Assembly (NCBI GenBank): GCA_951406725.2
Contig: OX597828.1
Span: 26,474,001-26,538,000 of the forward strand
Direction: 5' to 3'
Length of the DNA stretch: 64,000 nucleotides
Source: Octopus vulgaris
Lineage: Eukaryota
Shown one piece after another: positions 12,720 through 25,640 of this stretch. Every line of letters begins with the position of its first letter. Position 1 is the first letter of the stretch. A model generated the notes under the pieces. The model saw nothing but the letters and a program-made list of their open reading frames with translations, was not told where the DNA came from and did not search any database. The position numbers and the translations under genes were made by a program.

Positions 12720-13126
12720 CTTACTCTTTTACTTGTTTCAGTCATTTGACTGCGACCATGCTGGAGCACCGCCTTTAGTCGAGCAAATCGACCCCGGGAC
12801 TTATTCTTTGTAAGCCCAGTACTTATTCTATCGGTCTCTCTTTTGCCGAACCGCTAAGTGACGGGGACGTAAACACACCAGCATCGGTTGTCAAGCAATG
12901 CTTGGGGGACAAACACAGACACACAAACATATACACACACACTTATATATATATACATATATACGACAGGCTTCTTTCAGTTTCCGTCTACCAAATCCAC
13001 TCACAAGGCATTGGTCGGCCTGGGGCTATAGCAGAAGACACTTGCCCAAGATGCCACGCAGTGGGACTGAACCCGGAACCATGTGGTTGGTTAGCAAGCT
13101 ACTTACCACACAGCCACTCCTGCGCC
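12720..13126 (-). mobile_element. Young full-length family A SINE (octopus OR-type/CORE-like, tentative)
   Basis: tRNA-like head with A-box TGGCTGTGTGG and B-box GGTTCAGTCCC, CORE-like CTTGGGCAAGTGTCTT, internal (TA)n(TG)n, 3' stem-loop CAGTC-AAAT-GACTG and AAAAGAGT tail. Flanked by ATCTTA. Highly similar to 28251-28668 and 51792-52225. Confidence 0.95.
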
Positions 13127-13227
13127 TATCTTATTTATTAAAAATATTTTTGTCTATGCGTGTGTGTGTGTGTGCGTGTTAGCACAAAGTTAAGCTTGTT
13201 TTTGGTATTTTTTTTTGATATTTTGAT

Positions 13228-13277
13228 TTTTCCAGTTTCAGCTAATGAGCTGTGGCCATGCTGGGGCACCGCCATTC
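13228..13277 (-). mobile_element. Isolated retroposon 3' end related to the family A tail
   Basis: On minus: ATGGCGGTGCCCCAGCATGGCCACAGCT-CATT-AGCTGAAACTGG. Second copy at 22325-22375. Confidence 0.65.
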
Positions 13278-13571
13278 AGATGAGAAACATTATCGTTAAA
13301 AAAAAAAAAATTACACAACGTATATTACTGGTATCAGCAGCTTAGATGGATGGAAGGAAAACCCGATAATGTTGACCTTGACAACACAATGAAGCACCAG
13401 ACAGTTGTCGGACATGCTGCTGCTGCTGCTGCTGCTACTGTCTATACTGACTCCATTGCAAGAAGGTGGTGGTTTAGGTGGTGGTAGTAATGAATAAAAT
13501 ATGACAACAATGAGGTGCAGGAAGAAGATACTTTTAGATCTCAGTATTAAAAAAAAGTTATGATTATAGGC

Positions 13572-13608
<37 letters not shown>

Positions 13609-13611
13609 AAA

Positions 13612-13642
<31 letters not shown>

Positions 13643-13725
13643 AAAAGAGAGAGAGAGAGAGAGTATAAATACATTTGAACTAACTGGCTTCTATTTTTGG
13701 AGGTTTCTCAAAATGACATGATATG

Positions 13726-13756
<31 letters not shown>

Positions 13757-13874
13757 TCATATAAATATATACATACATACATACATACATATACACACAC
13801 TCACACATTTATGCACACATGTATATAATACATACCTACATAGATACATGCAAATATATATGTACATATATACA

Positions 13875-13912
<38 letters not shown>

Positions 13913-15508
13913 CCTCCATATATATAATTTTCTTACTAATAAATCAAGAGTAACTGAAAGCATTAGCCCAAAGACAGTTGTATTTTTACGATGTTGTTTT
14001 TAGACATACAAGAGATGCACACACACACACACACACACGCACACACATATGCATGCGTGTGTGCATGCATGTAAAACAAAAGGCAATTGGAGGAATTTAA
14101 AGAGTGAGTTTATTGTAGTGGAGATTTATTTCACAACTGGAGAACTAAGAACTTTGCAAAAAGAATAGATCAAGGCATCTGGTATCCTAAACGGAAGGAG
14201 GCAGGCAAATGGGTGGGGGTGTGGGAGTGGAAATTGGGGGTGGGGAGATGATGAAGAGAGAAGCAACAGACATTCCACCTTGCTGCAGGGTTTGGGAGAA
14301 ATCATATATTTAAATGTAAGCTACAACTGAGTTTTAGTTACAAACACGAGGAGAGAGAGAAAGAGAGAGTGAGAGAGAGCAAATGAGAAGGAAAGAGGGA
14401 GATGAAAAGGGGGTGGATGTGTGTGAGTATGAAAGAGATGCAGTGTGCTTTCCCTTTCTTTGACTTCTTCATACATCTGGTGAAATAAAGTGATTGGATT
14501 AAACATAAAAAGTCAAAAAGCACGTTGTTAGAATGTTGAAAGATAAAGGAAAGAAAACAGAGCAAAACAAAACAAAACAAAACAACAAAAACAGAAGAGA
14601 AAATAAAAGTGAAAGTAAATTAAACAAACATTGTATCATCATTACTACTACTACTACTACTACTACTACTATTCCTACTTTTGAAAGTGATGATGGTGTT
14701 TGTAAGAAAAATTCTCAAACTTGGAGTAGAAATGGGGCACATAACAAAGTTAAGGTATAATTTCTGATAAACTCAAAACCTGTTTCAGTTAACCTGAGAG
14801 AGAGAGAGAGAGAGAGAGAGAGGAGTCATTGGAATGTGAGAGAAAAAGAAGAAGAAAAAAAAAGACATGGAGAGAGATAGATAGGCAGAGAGAGTGAGAA
14901 AGAGAGGGAGTCTCAAGAATGCAAGAGTGGAAAAAGGAGAAAATATGTAGTGGAAAAAATTGGAACTATTGAATCATGCAGTGTAGTGGAAAGGTTTCTG
15001 CTTGGCTGGGTGAAATTCTCCTGTTAAGAAATTCTAATGTATGCTAGATGCTAGCTTGAAGATGATGGTGGATGTGAGAGTGACATGTTCTACACAACCA
15101 TTACAGACAGTTAATAGCAAGGAGGCTGTTGAATTCATTATGGTGAACTGAAAGTGACAAGAACTGGACTTTTTGACCTATTTTTCCTATCTCTTAGATA
15201 GAGGAGAGCTCTAAAGTAATAATATAGAATGAAGGTGCGATGAGGATTGTGATGTTGTTATTGTTGTTGGTGTGGCGTGGTGCAGAAACTAGCAAAAAAT
15301 TTTTAAAAAATAATAAAAACAGCAAGAGAAGAGAATGGTGGGGTGAGTGGAATCTTTCTGAAGTATCAAGGGTCATGATTAGAGAATGGGTGGGTGGATA
15401 GGTGGGGGTGGGGGGGTGGATGGTTGTTTGGTTGACTTTAAAAAAGAAACACAGCAAAAATGTTTCAGAAACTAGAGACAAAAGACTGTAATAACAGAAG
15501 AATTAATA

Positions 15509-15561
<53 letters not shown>

Positions 15562-16089
15562 AAGCAAAGAGAAAAATAAAAGAGCAAAAGCATGTAAAGG
15601 AATAGAAAAGTGAGAAGTGAAAGAATTCTGAAAGTGAAAGTAGAAATAAACTAACCAACACACAAATGTATAGATGTAGGTTATTAAGGAAAGAGAATAT
15701 TAAGGAAATAGGGAAGAAGCCCTTTAGTAAGAGACTCCCAAAAAAAAAAAACTTAGTCACTGTAATATGTAATATCAAACCGAAAATTAATGAGAATTCT
15801 ATGTCGGTGTATAAGAAAAAGGCCAGGAAAAAAGTGTTTATATACTCTAGTGAAGTCGAGTGAAAGCCTGCTGCTGTTACTAGGAGTAGTACTAAGACTA
15901 CATCCCCAACACCAGAGAGACCATAACCACTAGCACTCTCTCATACAACCACCTTGGTTGCATTTCACAACTAGTGCCGCATCTCCTGCTGCTGCTGCAG
16001 TTTCAGCATGCTTTACCATTAGTTCTATGGAGCCTCTTGTGAGACAGATAAAAATACACAGCCTGCTATCTATAGACGCTAACCAGCAG

Positions 16090-16675
16090 AACTCTCTCTC
16101 TCTCTCTTTCACTCACTCTCTCTCTCTCTCATCTCTCTCTCGTTCACTCACTTATGCTTTCTCTGTCTCCTCTCCTCTCTGATGCCCTTCCTTTTGTTTT
16201 CTTACTTTCATCCTCTCCACTTTATTCTCTCTCTCTCTCTCTCTCTTTCTCTTTTATTGAAGTCAATCTCTCTCGACACTCCTGCTCTCTTCTGCATCTC
16301 TTTCTGCTTTCCTGATCATCTTTTCTCACTATCCCGCTCTCCACTTCATCCTTCTCTCTCTCTCTCTCTCTCTCTCATACAGAAAAGAATGTTCTTGTTT
16401 GCTTTATTGGGTCAAAATGGAAGACAAACATTCATCGACTGTCTCTCTCTCTCTCTCTCTCACTCACTCTCTTTCCCAGGCTGTCTATCCATCTATCTAT
16501 CAAGTCACTATCACATCATGATCTTAGCCAGCCAACCAGTCGGTCAACCATGTATCCATCCATCCATCTATCCATCCAGCTATCTATCTATCTATCTATC
16601 TATCTATTTACATCCATCTATCTATCCATCCATCCATCCATCTGTCTATCTATCCAACTATCTATCTATCTATCC

Positions 16676-16742
<67 letters not shown>

Positions 16743-16863
16743 AGTCTATCTGTCTATCCATCTATCTATCTATCTATCCATCCATCCATCTGTCTATCTA
16801 TCCAACTATCTATTTATCTATCTATCTATTTATCTATCTATCCATCTATCTATCTATCTATCC

Positions 16864-16920
<57 letters not shown>

Positions 16921-16940
16921 CATCTGTCTATCTATCTCTC
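16090..16940. repeat. (CT)n-rich tract followed by a (TATC/CATC)n array
   Basis: Seen directly. It produces the spurious 269-aa ORF. Confidence 0.95.
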
Positions 16941-17065
16941 ATGATATTGCTGCAGTGCCTATATTTCATTCTTCTATTCTGGATAAAGTGATATGTCTGG
17001 ATATGTCAGAACAGAACTGAAGATACATGTCAGCTCAGAGAGAGAGAGAGAGAGAGAGAGGGTGG

Positions 17066-17115
<50 letters not shown>

Positions 17116-17799
17116 GAGACAGACACAGAAAGAGAGAGAGGGAGGGATAGAGGTCAGGCTCCCATTGCAGCAGACTAGCCACAGGCTCATTTATTTACTT
17201 ACCATTCTGACTGACTGACTGACTGACTGACTCTAAGGCAATGCCTGAAACAAGAATGACTAAGGTACCACAACAAATAACAACAAGGTTTCTTCCTTGG
17301 AGTCTATTTATAGATCATCTTCAGCTACACACACACACACACACACACGCGTGCACACACGCACAAACACAAACACACACACACACACACACAGAGGAAA
17401 GTAATCTCCAGAGAGATTAGCATTTTGGCAGTTCATTAACGATCTTGTAGTCTAGTTTATTTACATATTAATTGCAATTACACTGTAGCTTCGAAACTCC
17501 ATCTCTGGTGGAATGTCACAAACCTGCAAATTATATACACACACACACACACACACACACATATTTAGAAAAGAAAAACATTATAAACCCAGCAATAAGA
17601 AAATTTGAGTGAATTATTAGGTTGGGGGTGGTGGTGGTGTTTGAGAATGAAGAAATAAAAACAAAAGATTTTTTTTTTTCATTCCTTCACTTTCAAGCCA
17701 TTTTCATTCATTCCTTCGTTCCTTCATTCTTTCATTCTCTCCTTCTTCCTTCGCTCTATCCATCCTTTGCAGGCTTGTTTAACCTGATAGTATATAATA

Positions 17800-18995
17800 A
17801 AGCTAATTTTGTGTGCGTGTATATGTTGTGTTTGTGTGAATGCGCACATGTATGTATGTATGTATATGTCAGTGCATGTTTGACTGTTCGTATGTACACG
17901 TGTGCATGGGTGAACGTGTACATACGTAAATGTATTTGTGCACGGCACATGTGTACGTTGGTGCGTGCGTACATGTACGCGTATGTACACACGTGTGTGT
18001 GTGCTAAAGAGAAATGCCAAGGGAGAGCAACAACAATGATAACAAGAACAGGAAAAGGAAACAAATGAAAATGAAAGTGAAAATAAAACTAAAAAGATGG
18101 TGATGGGGTGGGGTGGGGAGTGGAAAAGAAAAAAAGGAAAAACTAAAGGAAAAATGTTCACAGCTTTATTGAGAAAACAATGTTGCTGATTGTCTGCGAA
18201 AAATATAAGAGACACGACAAAGATGGAGGGAAGAGAAGAAAGGAAAGAAAGACAAACAGGGAATCGGGAGGAACAATGACAGATTATTGCAGCAGGATTT
18301 GTTGTATGTATGTAGGTATGTGTGTGTGTGTGAGTGTGTATGTATGTGTGTGTGTGTGTGTGTGTGAGTGTGTACATATGTGTGTATGTATGTATGTATG
18401 TGTGTGTATGTATGCATGTGCATGCACACATACATCCATGGAGGGATGTACAGATGGATGGATGTGTTTGTATATGTGTGTGTGTGTGTGTGTATGTGTA
18501 TATATATATATATATATGTCTGTATGTGTGTATGTATATGTGGGTATGTGTGAATGGATGGCCAAAAAACAAACATATTTGTGTATGCATAAATGTGTGT
18601 GTGTACATGTGTGTGTGTGTGTGTATATATATATACATATATATATATAAATATCATCTATATGTGGGTATGTATGTGTGAATGGATGGACACAATACAA
18701 ACATATTTGTGTATGCATAAATGTGTGTGTGTGCGCATGTGTGTGTGCGCATGTGTGTGTGCGCATGTGTGTGTGCGCATGTGTGTGTGTGTGTTAATGT
18801 ATACACATAAGCATACATAATTGCGGTAAAGATAGAAATTGGAGGGGAAAAATAAATATTAAAAAATAAGAGAAGAAAACAAAAGTAAAAACACAAAAAC
18901 ACATTGTTCATCAAACCATATATATTTAGTAAATATTTAAAGAGCATTGTGTGTGCGTGTGTGTGTGCGTGTGTGTGTGTTTGTGTGTGTGTGTT

Positions 18996-19043
<48 letters not shown>

Positions 19044-19060
19044 TTTGTTTGTTTGTGAGT
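17800..19060. repeat. Compound (TG)n/(TATG)n microsatellite region with a ~70-bp internal duplication (about 18540 and 18664)
   Basis: GTGGGTATGT..GTGAATGGATGG..CAAACATATTTGTGTATGCATAAATGTG appears twice. Confidence 0.9.
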
Positions 19061-19149
19061 AAAAAATATTCTTTACAATACATACTTTGAGATGAAGCAA
19101 AACTTGTGCGTGTGTGTGAGCGAGAGAGAGAGAAAGAGAGAGCATGTGT

Positions 19150-19685
19150 GTGTGAGAGAGAGAAAGAGAGAGAGGAATGAGCCAAGAGTAATAACCCAGA
19201 GTGGTCAATGGTACACATTTGAAGAACAAAGATGAATAAGGGTATATTAAAAAGCCTACAAGATAAATCCTTCATTTACTCAAAATATGTTCACTTCAAG
19301 AGAAGAGAGACTAACCACTCAGAAGAGAGAGAAAGAGAGAGCGTGTATGTGTGAGAGAGAAAGAGAGAGAAACGAGCCAAGAGTTAATAACCCAGAGTGG
19401 TCAATGGCACACATTTGAAGAACAAAGATGAATAAGGGTATATTAAAAAGCCTGCAAGATAAATCCTTCATTTACTCAAAATATGTTCACTTCCAGAGAA
19501 GAGAGACCAACCACTCAGAAGAGAGAGAAAGAGAGAGGAATGAGCCAAGAGTAATAACCCAGAGTGGTCAATGGCACACATTTGAAGAACAAAGATGAAT
19601 AAGGGTATATTAAAAAGCCTACAAGATAAATCCTTCATTTACTCAAAATATGTTCACTTCCAGAGAAGAGAGACCAACCACTCAG
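19150..19685. repeat. Triple tandem repeat, ~145-bp core joined by (GA)n linkers
   Basis: GAGCCAAGAGT(T)AATAACCCAGAGTGGTCAATGG...AACCACTCAG at 19179, 19374 and 19542. Confidence 0.95.
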
Positions 19686-21284
19686 TGGTAGTTGTTACCA
19701 ATTCCAAATGAGAAGGGGAAATAATCTCAAGAATCAAGAATTTTTCTGAAATTAACATTCTATTAAAGAAAAGACAGCTTGATTGTGTGAAGATAAGAGG
19801 ACAGCTATGGACATGTGTTTCTGACTCATTTAAGTGTGATCGTCAGTAAAACAATTGTTCTACCTTATTTTCAGCAGACAAGACAGCTAGACATATTCGA
19901 AAAAAGAAGAAGTAATTTGTGCACAAATGTAAGAATACATGCACACTATCTTTTAATTCTTTACTTTTTTCACTCATTGGATTGTGGCCATGCTACTGCA
20001 TTGCTTTGAAGGACTTAGTTAAACAAATCAAACCCAGTACTCATTTTTAAATCTGGTAATTATTCTATCAGTCTCTTTTGCCAAACTGCTAAGTGACTTA
20101 ATATTATACATATGTTACTAACCCTGTTTTTATGATTATTATTATTATCATTGTTGTTGCCAGAGTTGACTTTGCACTTTTATCATTTGTTTTACTTCAA
20201 TAATAAATTAGAATACCAGTAATCAAAACGGGGAACCGAGAACTTATCTTTATGAAATACAAACTGGTACACATTGGTACTTCTTTTTTAAATACCAATC
20301 TGGTGCCTATTCCAAAAGAAATGCTCGTTATTCACCTCAAAACCTGTGAATTCATATCCTGTGAGGATTAGTTTGCTATTATGACAACACTTTCAAACCA
20401 ATCGCTACCGTAAATATATTGGAAATTCAGATGATTAGCTATCTGCCTCTTACCCATAGATTTGGTGGTCAATAAGTGTACGTATGAGATCATTAATTAT
20501 TATTATTATCGTCATTATCATTATTATGGAAAGGACAGTGATTAACTCTGAGGGTGTTGGAATAGATCTTCCAGCTGTTTATGTTCCAAATTCACATCCT
20601 GCCAGGGTCCACTTTGCCTTTCATCCATTTGGGGTTGATTTAAGTACCAGTCAAGTACTGGAGTCAAAAGTATCAACTCTGGTGCTTAACTGGCGCTCAA
20701 AACAGTCGACAAAGGACTGTGACAAATGGCAGGGCCCAATGTTAAAACAAACCTACTAAACTCACAGATGAATCTCAACAAAAATCAACTGAGACTTCCA
20801 TTAGAATATTTCTCAAATATCTCCGATGATCCTGCTGTTAGCTGTGATATAAATGACCGGATTGCAAAAGTAAAACAAAAGCCAATCAACCAAATGGCTA
20901 TCATTTGCATATTCATGCATGCAGTAGAAGCAAGGCTGTCTCACAAACGAGTGACACTCTAATGTGAGTCACACTCAATCTTTGTAGAGAAGGTCACCCA
21001 GTGATCACAGCTTTGACCTTGAGAAGAAAAAAAAACAACGCCTTTGGGATACAAATATGAAAATGTTATCTATGAGTGATTCTATGAAATCCGAGATCGA
21101 TAGGTTTAGCTTTGGTAGTGACATTGATGACTAGCCATTTGTTTTTCACATAGTTTGCCACAAGGGCAGTTTATGAAGACTAGCTATTTGCTATTCATAC
21201 ATAGGGATTGTGGAGTGCAATGCTGTCTCCATGATATGCGTGACAATTGTGTGTGTGTGTGCGTGTGTGTGTGTGTGGTCATCT

Positions 21285-21560
21285 TCATCATATATACCAC
21301 CATCATTATTATGTCAATGTAATGTTTACTTTTACATGTTGGCACAGGTTGGACAGAATTTGTTGACACAGATTTCCGACAGCCAAGATGCACTTCCTGT
21401 CCTTCAGCCCTCACCTGTTTCCAAATGAGATAATATCTCCCCCATGACCAGACATGTTTTCACAGAAGACTGGAAATGAAGGACACTGCTGGGACACTGC
21501 TGGTGACACTCACTCACAACTATTATCCAATGGCAAGATAAGGAGACAATAAGACACACA
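21285..21560 (-). mobile_element. Family C RTE-tailed retroposon fragment
   Basis: (CAT)n-like tail, ACATGTTGGCACAGGTTGGACAGAATTTGTTGA, CCCTCACCTGTTTCCAA. Related copies at 26030-26190, 32800-33040, 43280-43480 and 49590-49770. Confidence 0.7.
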
Positions 21561-21570
21561 TATACATGTA

Positions 21571-22014
21571 TCATCATCATCATCATCATCATTGTTTAAC
21601 ATCCATTTTCCATGCTGGCATGGGTTGGATGGTTTGACTGGGATCTGGGAAACAAGGAGACTGCTCCAGGCTCCAGTCTGATCTGGCAATGTTTCTACAG
21701 CTGGATGCCCTTCCTAATGCCAACCACTCCGAGAGTGTAGTGGGTACGTTTTATGTGTCACCAGCACAGGGGCCAGAGGGGGGCTGGCAATGACCACAAT
21801 CAGTTGGTGCTTTTTACATACCACCGGCACGGAAACCAGTCAAGGCGGTGCTGGCATCGGCCACATTTGGATGGTGCTTTTTACGTGCCACAAGCATGTA
21901 AAATTTCCATTTGATTTTGGTTTTGATGTACTTCACTCAATAGGTCTCTTCAAGTATGGCATGCCGCTCTACGATCCAAGGTTCTTTTGAGTGGACTGGT
22001 TATGCAACACTGGT
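21571..22014 (-). mobile_element. Family C element: RTE-related 3' end/SINE with (GAT)n tail
   Basis: (CAT)n TGTTTAACATCCATTTTCCATGCTGGCATGGGTTGGA..., with internal GGTGCTTTT..CACC repeats. Similar copies at 28935-29170, 40290-40450, 41220-41350 (+), 42920-43140 and 53085-53395. Confidence 0.8.
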
Positions 22015-22032
22015 ATATATATATACATATAT

Positions 22033-22312
22033 CAGTGGTGACTCTGGCACTTGGGCTGTTAGGGCTTAGCCCGAGTATAAATTTGGTAAAGTGAACATGT
22101 GTTTGCAAGCTGATTTAATTTCTGCCAACACTGACTTCAAGTATGGAATTGCAGCCAATAACGTGGGCTCCTTTGATTGAGCCCGGTTGTAGTTTAGTGT
22201 CTGGTGGTCATCTTAGAGGTGCCCTGCATCAAAAAATATCATTCCCAGCATATGTTTTCTTCACATCAGCCACATGCACCTGACTCGGACTCAGAAGTTA
22301 CAGCCCGAGTTG
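22033..22312 (+). mobile_element. Possible DNA-transposon terminal fragment
   Basis: Begins CAGTGG directly after (TA)n, is GC-richer, and repeats AGCCCG three times. No partner TIR seen. Confidence 0.25.
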
Positions 22313-23739
22313 TTTTATGTTTTATGTTTTCCAGTTTCAGCTCTTGAGCTGTGGCCATGCTGGGGCACTGCCATATTTGTAATCGTAAAAATTAAAAGTA
22401 ATTCAAATTCAATGTTTTCTTGAAACAATAAATTTCTAAAGAGATTAGGATTTAAATTCCAATCTATGAGATGTTTCCGTTCTACAAAATTCTTAAAGGA
22501 ACTGATCACAGTGAAACTATATAGTGTAATGCAACAGAAGGATAATCCTTTTACTGGATAAACATGGAAAAATGTGTTTGTATAAAACAGGATAAATTTA
22601 ATTTCATGTTTAGAAGAGCATGAGGAGTGACCATGGTGACAACTATATATTCAGCCTCAAAAAAGATGGGTTAAATTTTGAAATGTCAGATTCTTTAACT
22701 TTTCACAAAAAATTATTTCACTCAAGATCTTTTAGAAACTCTAATAATAATAATAAAATAGTGACATGATAATACTGGGCATAAGAACATTTTAACACAC
22801 ACACACACACATAGATCCAGAAATAGTAAAATGGTTGGAGAAGTGTAGAATGTCAGTTGATCACAATTACAACTGGAGCAGCAAAAATGGTGGATTGTCA
22901 AACTAAAATGTCTTAGAAGATTTTGCTTGTCATACTATGTTCTGGATTTCAAATCCTGACAGAACCAACTTTGCTAGTTGCTCCCCAAGGAATGGTAAGA
23001 CAGGCTTCAGGCATGTAGTGCAGTTAACAGAATCACTCCTCTCAAAGACTTTTCTTAACCTTCTGCCAGTATCAGAAATTAGCTACAGTGTAGCACATAC
23101 AAACTTTGTTCCCATGATTTGACAACAGACAAATACAGCTGCTATAGTTGAGTTAGTTATTTCACAACAACCACAGTGATTCCGCCAGTATTTGGTTTCC
23201 AAAAACCCTTACATTAGGGGTCCCCAACAATGAAACCACAGAAGTACCAGGCTGTGAAGCATTTGGTCCCAAGCCACACAAAAAGAATAAATTTTTTAAT
23301 TTAATTTCTATTCTATTGACTAGCACAGTGTGAAGGATGTTTTTGTATAATATATGTATGGTACTATATATGTAATACATATGTATTATATATGTAAAAT
23401 GTATATATATTTATATATATATGTATTATATACCCATTATACATGTAATGTACAGGTATCATATATGTAACAATTAAATGATATGTTTGAGCATTTTATT
23501 GTTATCTCATATATATTATGATACCCTGGTCTGTGGAAAAAGTGTCCTACATGAAACCGGTCTGGGGTACTATAAGGAACCACTCCCTTACATGACTATA
23601 TTTCTAGTAAAAATCCTCCACTCTTTTACATTGTTTCTTCTTTCAATCATCAGACTGTGGCCATGCTGGGGCACTGCCTTAAAGAGTTTCAGTTAATCCT
23701 ATCAACTCTAGTACTTACTTCTAAATCTGGTATGCATTT

Positions 23740-24003
23740 TTAGATGAGCAAAGACACCTAAAAATTAACATAAGGAGACAACTGGCTCACTTCATTGGCA
23801 TCAAAGGAAAAGGAAAACACTTGAGCACTTGGGTTACTATGGGGACACTAACAGAAAAAAAGCCATGGAAGACAAAGAGAGAAGGTAATTGATGGCCTTC
23901 CTAGCTGGTTTGAGAAAGACTGGCCCAATATCATGCTAAGTTGTGTGTGGAACAGGAGGGTACGGAGGCTTGTGATCATTGATGCCTGTAGATATGGCAC
24001 AAT
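23740..24003 (+). pseudogene. RTE-clade LINE ORF C-terminal fragment
   Basis: Frameshifted translation IRRQLAHFIG..EHL..KSHGRQREKVIDGL.SW..MLSCVWNRRVRRLVIIDACRYGT matches the typical RTE C-terminus (RGRPR-like motif, terminal ..A...GT). Confidence 0.75.
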
Positions 24004-24084
24004 CTTTTTATCATTTCTGCAAGTAATGTCATGTCAACACAAACATAGACACACACACACACACACACATGCTCGCATGCATGC

Positions 24085-24455
24085 ACAACAGGCTTCTGCA
24101 CAGTTTTCATTGATCAACTCACTCATAAAGCATCTGGTAATTATTCTATCAGTCTTTTTTGCCAAACTGCTAAGTTACTTAATATTATACATATATTATT
24201 AACCCTGTTTTTATTATCATTATTGTTGCCAGAGTTGACTTTGCACTTTTATCATTTGTTTTACTTCAATAATCTATTAGAATACCAGTAATCAAAACAG
24301 GGAACCGAGAACTTATCTTTATGAAATAAAGCATTGGTCAACCCAAGGATAAATCATGTCAAACATACATCGAAGGTGCCAAGCAGTGGGACTGAACTTG
24401 AAACTATATGGTTGGGGAAGTGAACTTCTTAACCACACAGCCATGGGCTGCACCT
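24085..24455 (-). mobile_element. Degenerate family A SINE interrupted by a ~197-bp copied insert (24132-24328)
   Basis: SINE sequence ...CACTCATAAAGCAT | insert | AAAGCATTGGTCAACCC...GGGACTGAAC...AACCACACAGCC. Confidence 0.8.
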
Positions 24456-25439
24456 ATGTGTTTAAATCAAATTTGAAAATAGTCAAAAATTTGAATTTAC
24501 TTAGAAAACTTACTAACAATGTCATTGTCAATTTGGAGTTTAGAATGTAAGGTAGAAACATAAAATTTTAATACAGAAGATTTTAATTTAAACTGGGACA
24601 TTTAAAAACTAATGGGGGTTTTTCCATCTGACAAACAGAGGTGGTTTTGGGTTGGATGGTATGTAACAAATCCATTGCCTCTTGTCAAACCTCTTCTAAT
24701 TATGCAGCCAGGTGAACTGGAAGGAAATAACTGAGAGTTAAGTGCCTTGCTTAAGGAAACTACAATGACTGTAATTGAATACAGATGCAGATTTGTGACT
24801 CAAATTTTTCAAGCATTCATGGTATGAGCTCGTCTCCAATATCTCATCAGTAAGGGGCATGGGTGGAGAGTCATGTTTCATCATCAGGAAACAAGGGGGG
24901 AAAGTACACCTGAACAGGAAACGGGAAGTGTGGTTCATTAGTAAAAGGAGACAAAGTGAAGTGTTAGTCAATATATTTTAAACTTTTAATATTAGAGACA
25001 AGGAAAGCCAGAGATTTACAGAGCCTGAAATGATGAGCAGCCATTTACGAACTGATTATGTCATTTGTGTATTCGTTTATTTACAACGAGCATCTTTGAC
25101 CGAGCTGAAACAATTAAATAACAATAAATCAGAGACAAATGAAGATGACCTCAACAAGCAGCAGCAGCAGTTCCTTCACTTCAATTAATTTCCACTCAGA
25201 ATTAACAGTAACCAATCAGTCTAATTAATGATCTGAACTAATTTGAACCCTTTTACATGTGGTGTTCCTACTTGTGTTATTTAATTCTCTCAACAGCCCG
25301 ACGAGTCCTGTATGGATGAAAGACAAAGTCATTGACACTACACCATGAATGTCCCGAGTCTGCGAAAACCCTGTGGTATTTCTCCACTATCGCTATTTAT
25401 GATTGAAGATGAAACCACGACCACCACCACCACCACTAG

Positions 25440-25640
25440 TCAATGAAAGAGTCTCTACATGATTACATGACTTATTAGAAATAACAACAAAATCTACCTC
25501 AAATCGCACCCTAGAGCCTTAATGTGATGTTGGGGGTCTCTAGCCACAGGAAAAAAATACAAGATAGTCATAGTTGGAATGTCTCACATCACTGACCCGA
25601 CTCAATAAGAACTGACCAGGGACTAAGCAACAACAACAAC
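25440..25640 (-). mobile_element. Family E short interspersed repeat
   Basis: Shares TAGTCCC..GGTCAG and CTATTTCTAGCAG motifs with 11310-11345, 11790-11850, 35295-35810, 47790-47945 and 58660-58860. Confidence 0.6.

Noticed and set aside
13035-13126. tRNA gene
   Set aside because: The A/B boxes belong to SINE heads that continue into repeat bodies. No complete cloverleaf.
13311-13415. Minus-strand ATG ORF MSDNCLVLHCVVK... after (CAG)n
   Set aside because: Only ~34 codons, no convincing donor site, no recognisable homology.
16182-16991. 269-aa ORF
   Set aside because: It is a translation of (CT)n and (TATC)n repeats (SIYL repeats), with no domain.
17724-18638. 304-aa ORF and other HT/YI/CV-rich ORFs across the window
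   Set aside because: Stop-free dinucleotide microsatellites, not genes.
25030-25108. C/D box snoRNA (ATGATGA...CTGA...CTGA)
   Set aside because: No terminal stem, and I could not match either guide to rRNA or snRNA. snoscan would settle it.
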